A stretch of DNA of 63,228 nt, counting the filler, from Octopus bimaculoides (Eukaryota): the NCBI RefSeq assembly GCF_001194135.2. It is 9 parts of 9 records of this genome, joined end to end, with 100 filler letters (N's around TTAATTAATTAA, not from the genome) between each part and the next. Parts side by side here need not be neighbours in the genome. Positions count along the whole stretch, not along the records: positions 62,222 to 63,228 come from NW_026407469.1; 8 more parts are not named here. The stretch is one strand, 5' to 3'. How positions within the stretch are numbered: the stretch's first letter is position 1; every line of letters starts with the position of its first letter. The position numbers and the translations under genes are program-made. Shown piece after piece: positions 62,956 through 63,228 of this stretch. Under the pieces are notes generated by a model. The model had not been told where the DNA came from, did not search any database, and saw only the letters and a list, made by a program, of their open reading frames with translations.

Positions 62956-63228
62956 TTCTTTAAATTTTAGGTTTCTTTATATTTTATATATTCATGCTTA
63001 TTTACACATAAATTTTTATACGCATATATATTTAAACATATATTTATCTATTTTCAGATGTTTATATATATTGATATTTATATTGCGTATATTTATGTTT
63101 TAAATTTTTAAATTTTGATTTTATTATGTTGCCGTGTCATGTCAGGTTGGATGTATGTCTTTTATAATGTTAAAAATCGATTTCCTGAGTATATTATTGA
63201 TGAGTTTATGAATTTATTAATAATATAA

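Overview
AT-rich, gap-ridden draft-assembly window from a repeat-dense animal genome. The SINE families and the microsatellite load resemble an octopus (inference from recognised repeat sequences). The one well-supported host gene is on the + strand and is not called by the ORF track as a whole. It has five phase-1/phase-1 coding exons (37252-37443, 39396-39575, 44868-44945, 46475-46624, 50289-50420; 244 codons). They encode two canonical 6-Cys chitin-binding type-2 (CBM14/peritrophin-A) domains followed by three 4-Cys C..C..CxC variant modules, which is reminiscent of molluscan Pif-like proteins. Its N- and C-terminal exons were not confidently found. The rest is intronic or intergenic and contains: tRNA-derived SINEs of at least 4 families; many fragments of REL-endonuclease (R4/Dong-like) non-LTR retrotransposons sitting in (AAT)n or (TACA)n microsatellites; a Tx1/L1-type 3' fragment; RTE and other RT relics; a full-length decayed mariner; and several MITEs. 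The most unusual signal is a set of type I hammerhead ribozyme motifs, read by eye. Four are well formed (16155-16223 -, 32456-32512 +, 57191-57236 +, 62857-62955 +) and three are relics. One sits in the loop of a nested fold-back element and one lies between ~336-bp-spaced direct repeats, an arrangement like Penelope pLTRs or retrozymes. N44-TTAATTAATTAA-N44 blocks are scaffolding spacers, not biology. Repeat boundaries are approximate.
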